A stretch of 64,000 nucleotides of DNA from Bdellovibrionales bacterium (GTDB lineage: Bacteria > Bdellovibrionota > Bdellovibrionia > Bdellovibrionales > UBA1609): contig CBDBIB010000001.1 of the NCBI GenBank assembly GCA_965205945.1, forward strand, positions 192,001 to 256,000, read 5' to 3'. The notes under the pieces were generated by a model, which was not told the DNA's origin, made no database searches, and was given only the letters and a program-made list of their open reading frames with translations. Shown here in pieces: positions 38,046 through 48,876 of this stretch (its first letter is position 1; every line of letters starts with the position of its first letter). The translations under genes were made by a program, and so were the position numbers.

Positions 38046-40949
38046 CTAGTCTAGTTTTCTTGAAACTTTAACAAACGATCCTACTTTTTTTTTGTTTAAA
38101 AGATTTTTTTTACCATAAGAAATCACTTCTTCTAATGTGATCTCTGACAAAGGAGCTAGCACTTTTTCATCTTCATCAATAGATTCGTAACCAAGATTTA
38201 CAAAACGTACATATCTTGTATGTATAGCTTTAGCTTCAAATGGAGCTTTCCTCTGTAAAAGATAGCTGGCTTTTGTTCTTTCTAAAAGCTCTTGTGTTTT
38301 ATTTGGTAAAATTTCTTTAGCCCATGTTTGTAAATATTCATCAACTTGAGCCTCAACTTGATCAACTGTGTAAGTAGATGATTGTAAATACACAGCTACA
38401 CCTATATTATCCATATGCTCAAAACCCCAGGCACCCAAACTATATGCAAGACCACGATTAGTTCGCAGTTCAGTATAATAATCAGGAGCAAGCCAATCTC
38501 CAAGAATTTTTGAAATTAATTTTTCTTTTTCATCAAAAGCTTGCCCAAAATTCCAATAACCATAATAAAAAACCTCATATGGATGATTTCCTACAATGCT
38601 AGTTTCAAAAAGAGGAAGCCTGCCTTCTAAATTTTTAGATCCCATTATAGAGTCAGTTTTATAAAGCTTCGACCAATTCTTAGACACAGACCAGGTTGGA
38701 CTCCATTGTTTTTGAATCTTTAAAACTAAGTCATCTACATAGTTAGTTTTAATATTTCCTGACAGCGCTCCTCTTATATGAAGACCTGATTTAAACCTAT
38801 GCACAAAGTTCATAAATTTTGTATAATTCACGTTATCCAAGGCTATTCTTATATCCTCATAAGAAAGTCTTGCATATTCAATTTGTGCCCTCATCTGCCT
38901 TACACCAATACTACTTACCTCCCCAGCCTCTTCAAGCTCAATATTTTGCCTATATAACTCTTTAACAGATTCAAAATCTTGAACTAAAGGAGTTATATTT
39001 GTAAAGCCAACCATGTGACTAAAAGCTTTAATAAAAGTATCCGACCAACCATAAAAAGATATATCTAAAGCACCATTTAACGTATTAATCAAAAAAGACA
39101 TTTGGAAATCAGCTAAAACCATATCATACGTTGTGTCTGTGGTTTGCCATGTTAAAAGCTCTTTTAAAATATATAAAGAAATCACATCTTCTTTTAAAGT
39201 AAGATCAATTTGATCACTAAAAAGTGATAGGTCTACATAAGCTTTAGGAAGATTTGTTGCAACCAAAGAGCTATAAAAAATACTCCCCCAATCTTTTGTG
39301 TTCTTTGTATATATTGGAGGCTGATTTTTAATATAAAGATCAAATTTTTCAGGAATATATATATTCTTCTTCTTAAGTTTAAACCTTCCCCTAGGTTTAA
39401 TTTTATTTACACTTAAAGTCTCTACAGAATATGCAAATTTATATAATGAATCTGTAACCACTCTTTGCCCACTAATATCTTGAATTTTAAGACCTCCAAT
39501 TTTAATATTCTCTAAATATTCATGCTTGTAAGCTATCTCTTCATTTTCAGGATGCATAAATATAACCAACACCTTATCCCAACTAAGGCTGTCTAAAAAA
39601 TTTATATATTCTTCATTTGTAACATCAACCAGGGGTTCTTTAAAAAATAATTCGTACATAGTCTGAGGAAAAGTCTCTCCCTTCATATACTCACGATTTA
39701 AATCTTGCAGTGTTTTTCCTTTTATTTCATAAAAAGATTTACTAATTTTAGAAACTTTATTTAATTGTGCAAGCTCACCATTTAAATACTCTAGAAGACC
39801 TTCTTTCTTTAAAAATTCTAAATAACCTTTTATATAACTTAATACTTTTTTCTGTTCTTTTACACCCTTATCTGTCAACTCCAAAGTAATCCATGCTGTT
39901 GAAGCATTTATTCCTCCACTCAAAGCACCTTTACTATTTCTAACAAGCCCTTTTCCCTTTAAGAAGGCCATTAGTGACTCTTTACCTTCATCTCCAATTA
40001 AAGAACCCATCATACTAATCAAATTTGGATTGATCTTTTTTGGCTTTAAAACTGGGATAAAAACACTTAACATTTTCTTAGCACCCTGAGGTTTTAAATT
40101 AACTTTTGCAGGCAATTCATTAAAATCTAGATCTAAAAATTTATCGTATTTATTAAGAGCTTTTCTAGGGTTACTCTTAAGATCTAAAAAATACTTTTTA
40201 ACAAGAAATTTAAGTTCTTTTAAAGTTTGTGGCCCGGCAAGAATCACATGCATGGCTTCTGTATAATAATGTTCTTTAAAAAACGCTCTTGTTTCCTGAA
40301 CTGTTACTTTTGCTAGCGATTCTTTGTTTCCTATAAAAAATAACCGTCCATTTGACCCTTCTTTTTTAAATGCGTTAAATACTCGAAATGGTTTAAAAGT
40401 TTCAAATCTAAAATTAAATTCATTATGAACAGCTTCTTTTTCTTGCTCTATATTTTCAGAGTAAAATTTTGGACTTACAAAAAATCTTGATAACCTATGG
40501 ATTGCTTCATTAAATTTATCAGGTCTAACTTCTAAAAAATAATTAGTATGGTTTGTAGATGTATAGGCATTAGATTTACCGTTATTTTCACTTAAAAACT
40601 TCTTATAGCTTCCAACAATTGGAAACTCTTTGGTTCCTAAAAAAAGCATATGTTCAAGGTAATGGGCTAAACCTTGAGATTCTATTGGGTTGTCTTCATG
40701 ACCAACCTTTATAGCCACTGATGCTGCAGCCTTCTTACTTGTTGGCGAAGAGATCAATGTTACTCTAAGGTTATTCGAAAGCACTATTTGAGAAGCTGTT
40801 GCCCCATTTAAAGTTAACACCTCATCTACGCTTTGCTCATTTATAGAGTTCCCTTTAGAAACTGCTCCTATTTTAATCTTTGTAACATCTGAGTTCTTTG
40901 AGCAAGAGATCAATCCTAAAAATAAACAGACTATTAAAAAATATCCCAT
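38046..40949 (-). CDS. M16A zinc metallopeptidase (insulinase/pitrilysin family), lipoprotein
   Basis: GLAHYLEHMLFLG (HxxEH), NAYT, ELRTNRGLAY; lipobox LISC. Confidence 0.92.
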   Translation of the reverse strand: MGYFLIVCLFLGLISCSKNSDVTKIKIGAVSKGNSINEQSVDEVLTLNGATASQIVLSNNLRVTLISSPTSKKAAASVAIKVGHEDNPIESQGLAHYLEHMLFLGTKEFPIVGSYKKFLSENNGKSNAYTSTNHTNYFLEVRPDKFNEAIHRLSRFFVSPKFYSENIEQEKEAVHNEFNFRFETFKPFRVFNAFKKEGSNGRLFFIGNKESLAKVTVQETRAFFKEHYYTEAMHVILAGPQTLKELKFLVKKYFLDLKSNPRKALNKYDKFLDLDFNELPAKVNLKPQGAKKMLSVFIPVLKPKKINPNLISMMGSLIGDEGKESLMAFLKGKGLVRNSKGALSGGINASTAWITLELTDKGVKEQKKVLSYIKGYLEFLKKEGLLEYLNGELAQLNKVSKISKSFYEIKGKTLQDLNREYMKGETFPQTMYELFFKEPLVDVTNEEYINFLDSLSWDKVLVIFMHPENEEIAYKHEYLENIKIGGLKIQDISGQRVVTDSLYKFAYSVETLSVNKIKPRGRFKLKKKNIYIPEKFDLYIKNQPPIYTKNTKDWGSIFYSSLVATNLPKAYVDLSLFSDQIDLTLKEDVISLYILKELLTWQTTDTTYDMVLADFQMSFLINTLNGALDISFYGWSDTFIKAFSHMVGFTNITPLVQDFESVKELYRQNIELEEAGEVSSIGVRQMRAQIEYARLSYEDIRIALDNVNYTKFMNFVHRFKSGLHIRGALSGNIKTNYVDDLVLKIQKQWSPTWSVSKNWSKLYKTDSIMGSKNLEGRLPLFETSIVGNHPYEVFYYGYWNFGQAFDEKEKLISKILGDWLAPDYYTELRTNRGLAYSLGAWGFEHMDNIGVAVYLQSSTYTVDQVEAQVDEYLQTWAKEILPNKTQELLERTKASYLLQRKAPFEAKAIHTRYVRFVNLGYESIDEDEKVLAPLSEITLEEVISYGKKNLLNKKKVGSFVKVSRKLD

Positions 40950-41173
40950 AAAAAAGTAACCTCCTAGTCTTGTTTTTAAGATTAAAATACCATTCTATAT
41001 AAATTTTAACACTCTTCTTTGATTTATTTTGAATATTTTACTTAAAGCATTCTGTTTTGTTTACAACTTTATTTCTTACTAAAACTTTCTTAAAAGCTTT
41101 GTTTATTTTAATTAAAGTTTTCTACGTCTAAATTTTATGCTAGACTCTTTTTATTACAAATATAGGAGGTTCT

Positions 41174-41593
41174 TTGCTTTTTTCTATACTTTTTTACACC
41201 TTTTTATCTTTTCCTAAACCCCCTATTTACTTTACAGCTTTTACAGATAATAAGATAATAAAGGATCTTAACAAGACTTTAATCAAAACCAGTCTTTTAG
41301 TTGATGAAGATTGCTCAAACTGCACAGATCTCATTAAAAAATTAAACCGCAATTGTGTATCCTTAGCAGCTCCTTTTGCTATCTTTGCAACAGGAACAAA
41401 AAAAGGGTTAAATAAAAAACTACAACCTTTGCTTAATAAAAAAATTCCTGTTTGGTATAACACTAACATTCAAACTTTTTTAACTCTTAAGATTTCCATC
41501 CTTCCTACATACATCTCTAAAACAGGAAAAACCTATCCCGGTGTCGACTCTTCGTTTAAAGCCCTCTTACAAGATAATATCTGTAAAAAATAA
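41174..41593 (+). CDS. Hypothetical protein with CxxC (thioredoxin-like?)
   Basis: GGAGG RBS, CSNC, later ILPTY cis-Pro-like motif. Confidence 0.55.
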   Translation: MLFSILFYTFLSFPKPPIYFTAFTDNKIIKDLNKTLIKTSLLVDEDCSNCTDLIKKLNRNCVSLAAPFAIFATGTKKGLNKKLQPLLNKKIPVWYNTNIQTFLTLKISILPTYISKTGKTYPGVDSSFKALLQDNICKK

Positions 41594-41596
41594 CTT

Positions 41597-42508
41597 ATGT
41601 TTTTTTTAGAAATTCCTATTGCTGTAAATACTGAACTTGGTGAAGCTATACTTGCTTACTTTAAAAAAAATAATATTCCTCTTTTAAAAGCTGATATTAT
41701 TAAGTCTATACGTGAACACAGGGTTTATTTTGAAAATAAACCTGTGAGTTTTCTTCCTTTTAAAATTTTTAAGAAGGGAAAAATACAACTCTACATAGAC
41801 CATCCTAGCTGGAAAATTACTAAAAAAGATATTTTATTTGAAGATCGATGGCTTATTGTAATCAATAAACCTTCTGGGATTCCAAGCCAATCTTCTTTAA
41901 AACCATTACAAGACCATGCCTATAGTGCTGTTATTTGCCACTTAAGAAACAAAAAAACATTTAAAAGCCCTCAACTCTTTTTATTACATAGAATAGATAC
42001 CGACACTTCTGGCGCCTTACTCATGTCTAAGAAAAGCTCTATTAATAAAGGTATTCAATTTTTATTTGAAAAAAAGAAAATTCGAAAACATTACTGGGCT
42101 ATATCTAAAACCAAAAACAACCAAAAAATTCCAGAGATTGTCACCTCATATATTGGCAAAAAACCTGATGACCAACATAAATTTAAATTTGGTTCTTTTC
42201 CTAAAGGCTATAATAGCGCAAAATTTTCAGAAACACACTTTAAAAAACTTAACCAAAAAGAAAACTACAGCCTTTTTAAAGTCTCTCCACAAACAGGACG
42301 AAGTCACCAAATCCGCGTTCATTTAAGTGAAAATGGATACCCTATCCTAGGAGATATCTTTTATAAAGGCGAGAAGGCAACTAAGCTCTTTCTTCATGCT
42401 AAAACTTTAAGCTTTGTTCACCCTGAAACCAAAGAATTTATTTCTATAAAAGCCCCTTTACCTAAGCATTGGATCGATCTACTAGACAAAACCAAGCTTA
42501 ATACATAA
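41597..42508 (+). CDS. RluA family pseudouridine synthase
   Basis: INKPSG, HRIDTDTSG, TGRSHQIRVH, PILGD, LHA. Confidence 0.94.
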   Translation: MFFLEIPIAVNTELGEAILAYFKKNNIPLLKADIIKSIREHRVYFENKPVSFLPFKIFKKGKIQLYIDHPSWKITKKDILFEDRWLIVINKPSGIPSQSSLKPLQDHAYSAVICHLRNKKTFKSPQLFLLHRIDTDTSGALLMSKKSSINKGIQFLFEKKKIRKHYWAISKTKNNQKIPEIVTSYIGKKPDDQHKFKFGSFPKGYNSAKFSETHFKKLNQKENYSLFKVSPQTGRSHQIRVHLSENGYPILGDIFYKGEKATKLFLHAKTLSFVHPETKEFISIKAPLPKHWIDLLDKTKLNT

Positions 42509-42546
42509 ATTACTTTAACTGTATGTAGATACAAAGGGAGGGGTAA

Positions 42547-44181
42547 ATGACTCAGACTTTTAAACCCATTGAAAAACAACTTGATCTTAAAAAAACGCAT
42601 AATTTTATTTTAGAAAATCCTACGTTAAGTGATGAGAGTGTTTTAATGAATGTGCTTTTTGTTGGTGCTGGCCCTGCTGGCTTAGCCGGCGCAATTAAAC
42701 TTGCTCAACTTGTTAAAAATGACCCTGACCTTAAAGATATTGAAATCGGAGTTTTAGAAAAATCAGAATCTCTTGGAGGGCATATTCTTTCTGGTGCAGT
42801 TATAAACCCCGCACCTTTAAAAGAACTTTTTCCTGAAGTTAACGAAAAAGACTTTCCTTTTAAAAATAAAATTAAGAGCGAGTCTGTCTACATTCTGACA
42901 AAAAATAAAAAGATTAGAATCCCTACGCCCCCTACTATGCAAAATCATGGAAACTACTCTACAAGTTTATGTGAAGTCGTTAGATGGATGGGGGAAAAAG
43001 CTGAAGACTTAGGAGTAAATATTTTTACAAGCTTTCCTGCTGACTCACTTTTAATACAAAATGGAAAAGTCATTGGAGCAAGAACTACTCCTACAGGCTT
43101 GAATAAGAATGGCTCACAAGGTTCCTCATATGTAAAAGGAACTGATATTACAGCTAAAATAACTGTTTTAACTGAAGGTACACGGGGACCCTTAACACAA
43201 TCTTATTTAAAGTGGGCTAACTTAAACACAGCTCCTCAAATTTATGCTCTTGGAGTTAAGGAGGTTTGGAAGGTTAAAAACCCTTTAAACAAAGTAATTC
43301 ATACCCTAGGCTGGCCTTTAAAAAACTCTACATTTGGAGGCTCATGGCTCTACCCTATGGGAGATGATATGGTTTCTTTCGGTCTTGTGGCTGGACTTGA
43401 TTATAAAGAATCTGACCTTGATGTGCATTATGAACTTCAACGATTAAAAAAACACCCTCTTTTTAAAAATATTTTAAACAAAGGAGAGCTCTTACAATGG
43501 GGGGCTAAAACTATCCCTGAAGGTGGCTACCACTCTTTTCCAAAATCTTTTTCTGGCAATGGAATTTTACTTGCTGGAGATTGTGTCGGAATGGTTAATG
43601 TCCCCGCACTAAAAGGTATTCATTATGCAATGAGTAGTGGAATTAAAGCTGCTGAAACGATTTTTAAATCTTTAAAAGAAAAAGAATACAACGTTTCATT
43701 AAAAAAATATGATGAAAAGTTAAAACAATCTATAGTCTATCATGATTTATATAAAGTTAGAAATATAAGGCAAGCTTTTAAAAGCGGATTTTTTATTGGC
43801 GGATTTAAAGCGACTCTTATGACTTTAACCTCCGGCCTTTACCCAGGAGGAAAGCCTCATAAATACGAAGACTCTAAAGAGCCAAAGATTTTTCAAAACA
43901 CTCTAAAAGAAAAAATTGATTTACAAAAAGTAGATGCAGTATTTCAGTCTGCAAACAAAACTAGAGATGACCTTCCAAACCACTTAACTGTTAAGAAAGG
44001 AATCTCTAAAGAATGGGCTAAGTTTTACGCACACCTTTGCCCCGCTGGCGTTTATGAGTTAGATAATGATAACCTAGTTGTTAAATCCCCAAATTGCGTA
44101 GATTGTAAAGCAACTGATATTCTTGGGCCAAGGTGGAAGCCTCGTGAAGGCGGCAGTGGACCTAGTTATACAGTCATGTAG
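42547..44181 (+). CDS. Electron transfer flavoprotein-ubiquinone oxidoreductase
   Basis: GAGPAGL, GGHILSGA, LGVKEVW, KGIHYAM, CPAGVYE...NCVDCKAT, EGGSGPSY. Confidence 0.93.
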   Translation: MTQTFKPIEKQLDLKKTHNFILENPTLSDESVLMNVLFVGAGPAGLAGAIKLAQLVKNDPDLKDIEIGVLEKSESLGGHILSGAVINPAPLKELFPEVNEKDFPFKNKIKSESVYILTKNKKIRIPTPPTMQNHGNYSTSLCEVVRWMGEKAEDLGVNIFTSFPADSLLIQNGKVIGARTTPTGLNKNGSQGSSYVKGTDITAKITVLTEGTRGPLTQSYLKWANLNTAPQIYALGVKEVWKVKNPLNKVIHTLGWPLKNSTFGGSWLYPMGDDMVSFGLVAGLDYKESDLDVHYELQRLKKHPLFKNILNKGELLQWGAKTIPEGGYHSFPKSFSGNGILLAGDCVGMVNVPALKGIHYAMSSGIKAAETIFKSLKEKEYNVSLKKYDEKLKQSIVYHDLYKVRNIRQAFKSGFFIGGFKATLMTLTSGLYPGGKPHKYEDSKEPKIFQNTLKEKIDLQKVDAVFQSANKTRDDLPNHLTVKKGISKEWAKFYAHLCPAGVYELDNDNLVVKSPNCVDCKATDILGPRWKPREGGSGPSYTVM

Positions 44182-44191
44182 GAGTAAAATA

Positions 44192-44815
44192 ATGAATGTT
44201 GAATGGAAAATAACTGATAATAACGGAGTAAAAACTACAGACACTAAGAGTCTTTGGATTGGATTTAATCTAGACCAAGAAATCTCAAATAGAACAAAAA
44301 CTTACTCCTCTAGCGCTCAAGCCTCCCTATCGCCCATAGCATCTAAAATCTTTGGTTTTCCTTGGGTTGAAGAGGTTACTGTTTTTGCCAAACAAATTTT
44401 AATTAAACGACAGGATTGGGTTGATTTTAACATTATTGCAGAACCCCTTAAAGAGCTTATTAGTGAACACTTTAGTTTAAATGAATCTTCTTTTTTTGAG
44501 GAAAACCCTGAACCAGAAATAAACAATGTTAAAGAATATAACCCTGCTGATTACTCTAAAGAAGAACGCTTAATCATCGAATTCTTAGCTGAAGAAGTGA
44601 ACCCTCAAGTTGCCAGCCATGGCGGTAAGATTTCTTTTATCAAACTAAAGAACAAAAGTGTTTATTTAAAAATGGAGGGTGGCTGCCAAGGCTGCGGCAT
44701 GGCTGCGATAACTTTAAAAGAAGGAGTTGAAAAGTCTCTTTTAGAAAAATTTGATTTTATAACTACAGTTATCGATACCACTGATCATAGTTCTGGGATA
44801 AAGCCTTACTTATGA
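44192..44815 (+). CDS. NifU/NfuA family Fe-S carrier
   Basis: VNPQVASHGG, GGCQGC, DTTDH; start placed at ATG 44192. Confidence 0.9.
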   Translation: MNVEWKITDNNGVKTTDTKSLWIGFNLDQEISNRTKTYSSSAQASLSPIASKIFGFPWVEEVTVFAKQILIKRQDWVDFNIIAEPLKELISEHFSLNESSFFEENPEPEINNVKEYNPADYSKEERLIIEFLAEEVNPQVASHGGKISFIKLKNKSVYLKMEGGCQGCGMAAITLKEGVEKSLLEKFDFITTVIDTTDHSSGIKPYL

Positions 44816-45393
44816 TAAACTCAAAACCATATAAACTATTTGAGAACTGGTTTAAAAAAGCAAAAAAAACAGAACACTCCTACCCTGAAGGATTCACTCT
44901 TGCCACAGCTTCAGCTAATGCAGTTCCCTCAGCAAGGATTGTTCTTTTAAAAAAAATTCTTCCACAAGGCTTTGTTTTTTTTACAAACTACAATTCTCAA
45001 AAAGCTAAAGAACTCTTAGAAAACCCTAATGCACACATGCTTTTTTATTGGAAATTGTCAAAAAAACAAGTTCGCATTAAAGGCATTGTAAGTAAAACCT
45101 CTAATGAAATTTCTAATGAATATTGGGCTTCTCGTGAATATAGCAGCAACCTAAATGCTGCACTGTCACAGCAAAGCTCTGAGCTAGAAGAAGGCTTTAA
45201 CTATAAAACTTTAATTAAGGAGTTTCACTTAAAAAACCCTAAAAATATCATACGCCCTAAAAATTGGGGAGGGTTTATTATAAACCCTGAGTACTTTGAA
45301 TTCTGGGAAAATGGCGATCACCGCTGGCACAAAAGAGACACTTTTACCCTTGGCGCTAACGGCAACTGGAAATACTCTACACTATATCCATAG
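44812..45393 (+). CDS. pdxH: Pyridoxamine 5'-phosphate oxidase
   Basis: PSARIVLLK, FFTNYNSQK, RPKNWGGF, EFW, ends LYP. Confidence 0.94.
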   Translation: MINSKPYKLFENWFKKAKKTEHSYPEGFTLATASANAVPSARIVLLKKILPQGFVFFTNYNSQKAKELLENPNAHMLFYWKLSKKQVRIKGIVSKTSNEISNEYWASREYSSNLNAALSQQSSELEEGFNYKTLIKEFHLKNPKNIIRPKNWGGFIINPEYFEFWENGDHRWHKRDTFTLGANGNWKYSTLYP

Positions 45394-45535
45394 GCCCCTT
45401 ATAACCACTTTAAAAAAAACCCTACTCTATTTTTAAAAAATAAACTGAATATACAATACTTAAAAAAAAAAGTTTTTTAAAGTACTACACAAAATACTAC
45501 CTTACCTACTGCTATATTTTATGTTCTATAGACAT

Positions 45536-45567
45536 AAAAAAACCCTAGGCACATACCTAGGGTTTTT
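45536..45567. terminator. Bidirectional intrinsic terminator
   Basis: AAAAAAACCCTAGG-cacata-CCTAGGGTTTTT between convergent pdxH and FKBP genes. Confidence 0.85.
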
Positions 45568-45611
45568 AAGTTTTTCTAAACTTAAAAATCACCTATTAAC
45601 TCATTTTTGAG

Positions 45612-46319
45612 TTATTTTTTCTTACTATCTTTCTTAGAAACTATTTCTAAAAGCTCAACATCAAATGTTAACACAGCACCTGGTTTAATTTTAGGAGGAG
45701 CCCCTCTATCACCATAAGCAGTTTTAGATGGGCAAATAACTTTAGCTTTTCCACCAACTTTCATTTTCTGAACAGTTTCAGTCCAACAAGGAATCACTCT
45801 ATTTAATGGAAATGTTGCAGGGCTGCCTCTATCCACAGAAGAGTCAAAAACAGAACCATCTCTTAAAGTACCATGATAATGAACCTTCACCATTGCATCA
45901 GCAGCAGGATTTGCTCCTTTACCAGCTTTAGTTTCTATATATATCACACCAGATTCAAGAGCTACAGCACCAGCTTCAGTTTTCATTTTAGCAAGGTAGC
46001 TCTCTGAAGCTTTAGACTCTACAGCAGCAAGTCTTTTAGACCTATTATCACCAAGCTTAGAGATCTCTTTTGAAAAGGCTTGCATATCAACTTTATCAAC
46101 TTTTCCATCAAGACCATCCCTAACACCTTTTGCCCAAACCTGAAATTCATGGCCACTAAAATCAAAATTCTGAAGTCTTCTAGAGTCCATCTGACCTAGT
46201 GTATAAATTGTTTTTTCTTCATCTGTTTTAGGGTCCGCACCTATTTTACCTTTAAAGCAAGCAGTTGTTGCAAAAAATGATAACACAGCAATCATCAAAA
46301 ATAGATTTTTCATATTCAT
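45612..46319 (-). CDS. FKBP-type peptidyl-prolyl isomerase (FkpA/Mip-like), lipoprotein
   Basis: VHYHGTL, VFDSS, VIPCWTE, AYG, LTFDVELL; lipobox TTAC; start trimmed. Confidence 0.93.
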   Translation of the reverse strand: MNMKNLFLMIAVLSFFATTACFKGKIGADPKTDEEKTIYTLGQMDSRRLQNFDFSGHEFQVWAKGVRDGLDGKVDKVDMQAFSKEISKLGDNRSKRLAAVESKASESYLAKMKTEAGAVALESGVIYIETKAGKGANPAADAMVKVHYHGTLRDGSVFDSSVDRGSPATFPLNRVIPCWTETVQKMKVGGKAKVICPSKTAYGDRGAPPKIKPGAVLTFDVELLEIVSKKDSKKK

Positions 46320-46431
46320 CCTTTCCTTTTCCTTTTTAATTAAATATTTAACACGACAAATTCTACCCCCTATACATCTAATTACACAATAAAAACTTGA
46401 AACCAAGACCGTATTGCACCATATTTGCTCT

Positions 46432-47322
46432 ATGAAAACCGGCTGGAAACTCCTTTTAATATACACTTTTTTTGTTATTATATGGGGGGCTTTTGTCAGA
46501 GCCTCTGGATCTGGCGATGGGTGTGGCTCCCACTGGCCTTCTTGCCACGGTGACTATTTATTAAATCAAGTTTCAACTAAGACTATGATTGAGTATACAC
46601 ATAGAGCCTCATCTGGACTATATGGTATATTTGTATTTTTATTAAGCATTTTAACAATAACATCCACACACTTTAGTAAAAAAGCAAAGCTTTTTGCTAC
46701 TGGAGTTCTTTTTTTTACAATAGTAGAAGCTCTTATTGGCGCTAAACTAGTTTTGTCTGAACTTGTGGGTGAAAACTCGTCAGGATCAAGAGCTTTTTTT
46801 ATGATTTTACATCTAACAAACACTCTTTTCCTAATAGCATGCAACGCTGGTGTCATATTCTTTAATGAAAAAAAAATACAATTTCAACATTTAATTTGCC
46901 TTAAAATTTGGGGCCCTATTTTTTTACTCTTTTTCATCACAGGTTCATCTGGCGCTTTAGCTGCTTTAGGCAACACACTCTATCCAGAAGACAATTTATT
47001 AAAGGGTCTTGCAATGGATTTTAACCCTAATAGCCACTGGTTAATTAAAGTGCGAAGTCTTCACCCTCTTTTTGCGTTCTTACTTACAGCTACTATAATT
47101 TGGTTTACTGACTCTAAAAAAAAATTTGGTCTTACTTTAATTAGTCTAAGCTTATCAACATTACTTATAGGACTTTTAAATTTAATACTACTAGCTCCGC
47201 TTACACTACAATTAGGTCACCTTACTATTGCTCTAAGTTTTTGGGTTATTTGTTTAATGTACTTTTTTAACCTTTCTACCCAAAAAAAGAATTTAACCTC
47301 AAATATAAAAACTGTGTTTTAA
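46432..47322 (+). CDS. ctaA: Heme A synthase (CtaA/COX15 family)
   Basis: GSGDGCGSHWPSCHG, IEYTHR, conserved His residues, multiple TMs. Confidence 0.88.
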   Translation: MKTGWKLLLIYTFFVIIWGAFVRASGSGDGCGSHWPSCHGDYLLNQVSTKTMIEYTHRASSGLYGIFVFLLSILTITSTHFSKKAKLFATGVLFFTIVEALIGAKLVLSELVGENSSGSRAFFMILHLTNTLFLIACNAGVIFFNEKKIQFQHLICLKIWGPIFLLFFITGSSGALAALGNTLYPEDNLLKGLAMDFNPNSHWLIKVRSLHPLFAFLLTATIIWFTDSKKKFGLTLISLSLSTLLIGLLNLILLAPLTLQLGHLTIALSFWVICLMYFFNLSTQKKNLTSNIKTVF

Positions 47323-47458
47323 AAAACTACTGCAAATCTACTTTAGTAAAAAATCAGTTCTCCACTTTAAAAAAAAACTTAACATCTAAAACTCCTTGTC
47401 AAAATAATAGTTTTTTTAATACACTTACAACAACTCTCTTATTAAAAGGAATTTTTAT

Positions 47459-48508
47459 ATGACTAAAGCCTTTAATCTATTTACAATTACTCTAATAATA
47501 ACCCTATTCTACCCTAATCAAAGCTATGCTTTAAAAAAAGCCACCTTTGCTGGTGGGTGCTTTTGGTGCATGGAACCTCCCTTTGAAAAACTAAACGGTG
47601 TTAAATCTGTAGTCTCAGGGTACAGCGGTGGCCTTATTAAAAATCCAACCTATAAGCAAGTTTCTTTAGGAAAAACAAAACACAAAGAAGTTGTACAGAT
47701 TACCTTTGATCCAAAGCTTATAACTTACAAACAGCTCTTAGAGATTTTTTGGAGAAATATTGATCCTACAGATCCAAACGGACAGTTTGTTGACAAGGGG
47801 CAGCAGTACACTTCAGCAATTTATTATCACAGCCTTGAGCAAAAAAACCTTGCAACAAACCTTAAAGCAGAGCTTTCTTTAAAAAAGATTTTTAAAAAAC
47901 CTATTGTAACACAAATCCTTAAGGCCCAGCCTTTTTATAGTGCAGAAAAATACCACCAAGACTACTATAAGAAAAACCCTATAAAATACAAATACTACCG
48001 CTACAATTCAGGGCGAGATCAATTTTTAAAAAATATATGGAAAAATATAAACTCAACCCCTCCATCTTTAGTGTACAAAAAGCCTGCCTTAAACAAAATC
48101 AAATCTAAACTTTCAAAACTTCAATTCTATGTTACTCAAGAAGACGGTACTGAACCTGCATTTAAAAATAAATATTGGAATCATAACGAGGACGGAATTT
48201 ATGTAGATATAGTTTCTGGAGAGCCTCTTTTTAGCTCTAAAGATAAGTATAAATCTGGAACAGGATGGCCTTCTTTTATAAAACCTCTTGATTCTAAATA
48301 TATAGTAGAAAAAAAAGACTCTTCTTTATTTACAACGAGAATAGAAATTAGATCTAAATTTGGAGACTCTCATCTAGGTCATGTATTTAACGATGGACCA
48401 AAACCTAAAGGACTTCGCTACTGTATCAACTCAGCTGCCTTAAAGTTTATTCCTAAAGAAAAACTTAAAGAAAATGGGTATGAAAAGTACTTATCTTTAT
48501 TTATATAA
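47459..48508 (+). CDS. msrAB: Exported fused methionine sulfoxide reductase MsrA/MsrB
   Basis: [39 protein letters not shown]; signal peptide. Confidence 0.95.
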   Translation: MTKAFNLFTITLIITLFYPNQSYALKKATFAGGCFWCMEPPFEKLNGVKSVVSGYSGGLIKNPTYKQVSLGKTKHKEVVQITFDPKLITYKQLLEIFWRNIDPTDPNGQFVDKGQQYTSAIYYHSLEQKNLATNLKAELSLKKIFKKPIVTQILKAQPFYSAEKYHQDYYKKNPIKYKYYRYNSGRDQFLKNIWKNINSTPPSLVYKKPALNKIKSKLSKLQFYVTQEDGTEPAFKNKYWNHNEDGIYVDIVSGEPLFSSKDKYKSGTGWPSFIKPLDSKYIVEKKDSSLFTTRIEIRSKFGDSHLGHVFNDGPKPKGLRYCINSAALKFIPKEKLKENGYEKYLSLFI

Positions 48509-48876
48509 ATAACTACACTGCTATTTAAAGCATGGTGTAAATCAAAAAAAATATCTTATTTTAAATAATACAATTTTAAAATAAAAAACCTTTTTTCCTT
48601 ACTCTTTCCCCTGATTTGGCTCCTTTTTTTAAAGAGTAAAATGCTCAATGTTGGTAAAACTCTACTTGTAATTTAAGTTAATGTTTTTTTTCTAAATTTG
48701 ATTAAAAGTTATTGTAATAAATCGGTTTAAAACTTTTATAAAATCTTAAATAAGATGACTCCCCCTTGCAGCTTTATAAAAAGCAACTCCCTAATTTTAA
48801 GTTAAAAAAACAAGATGAGTCATTTTTTATAAATCTAATATTGCCTAATACTTTATCTTATATTAAAGATAAGTCT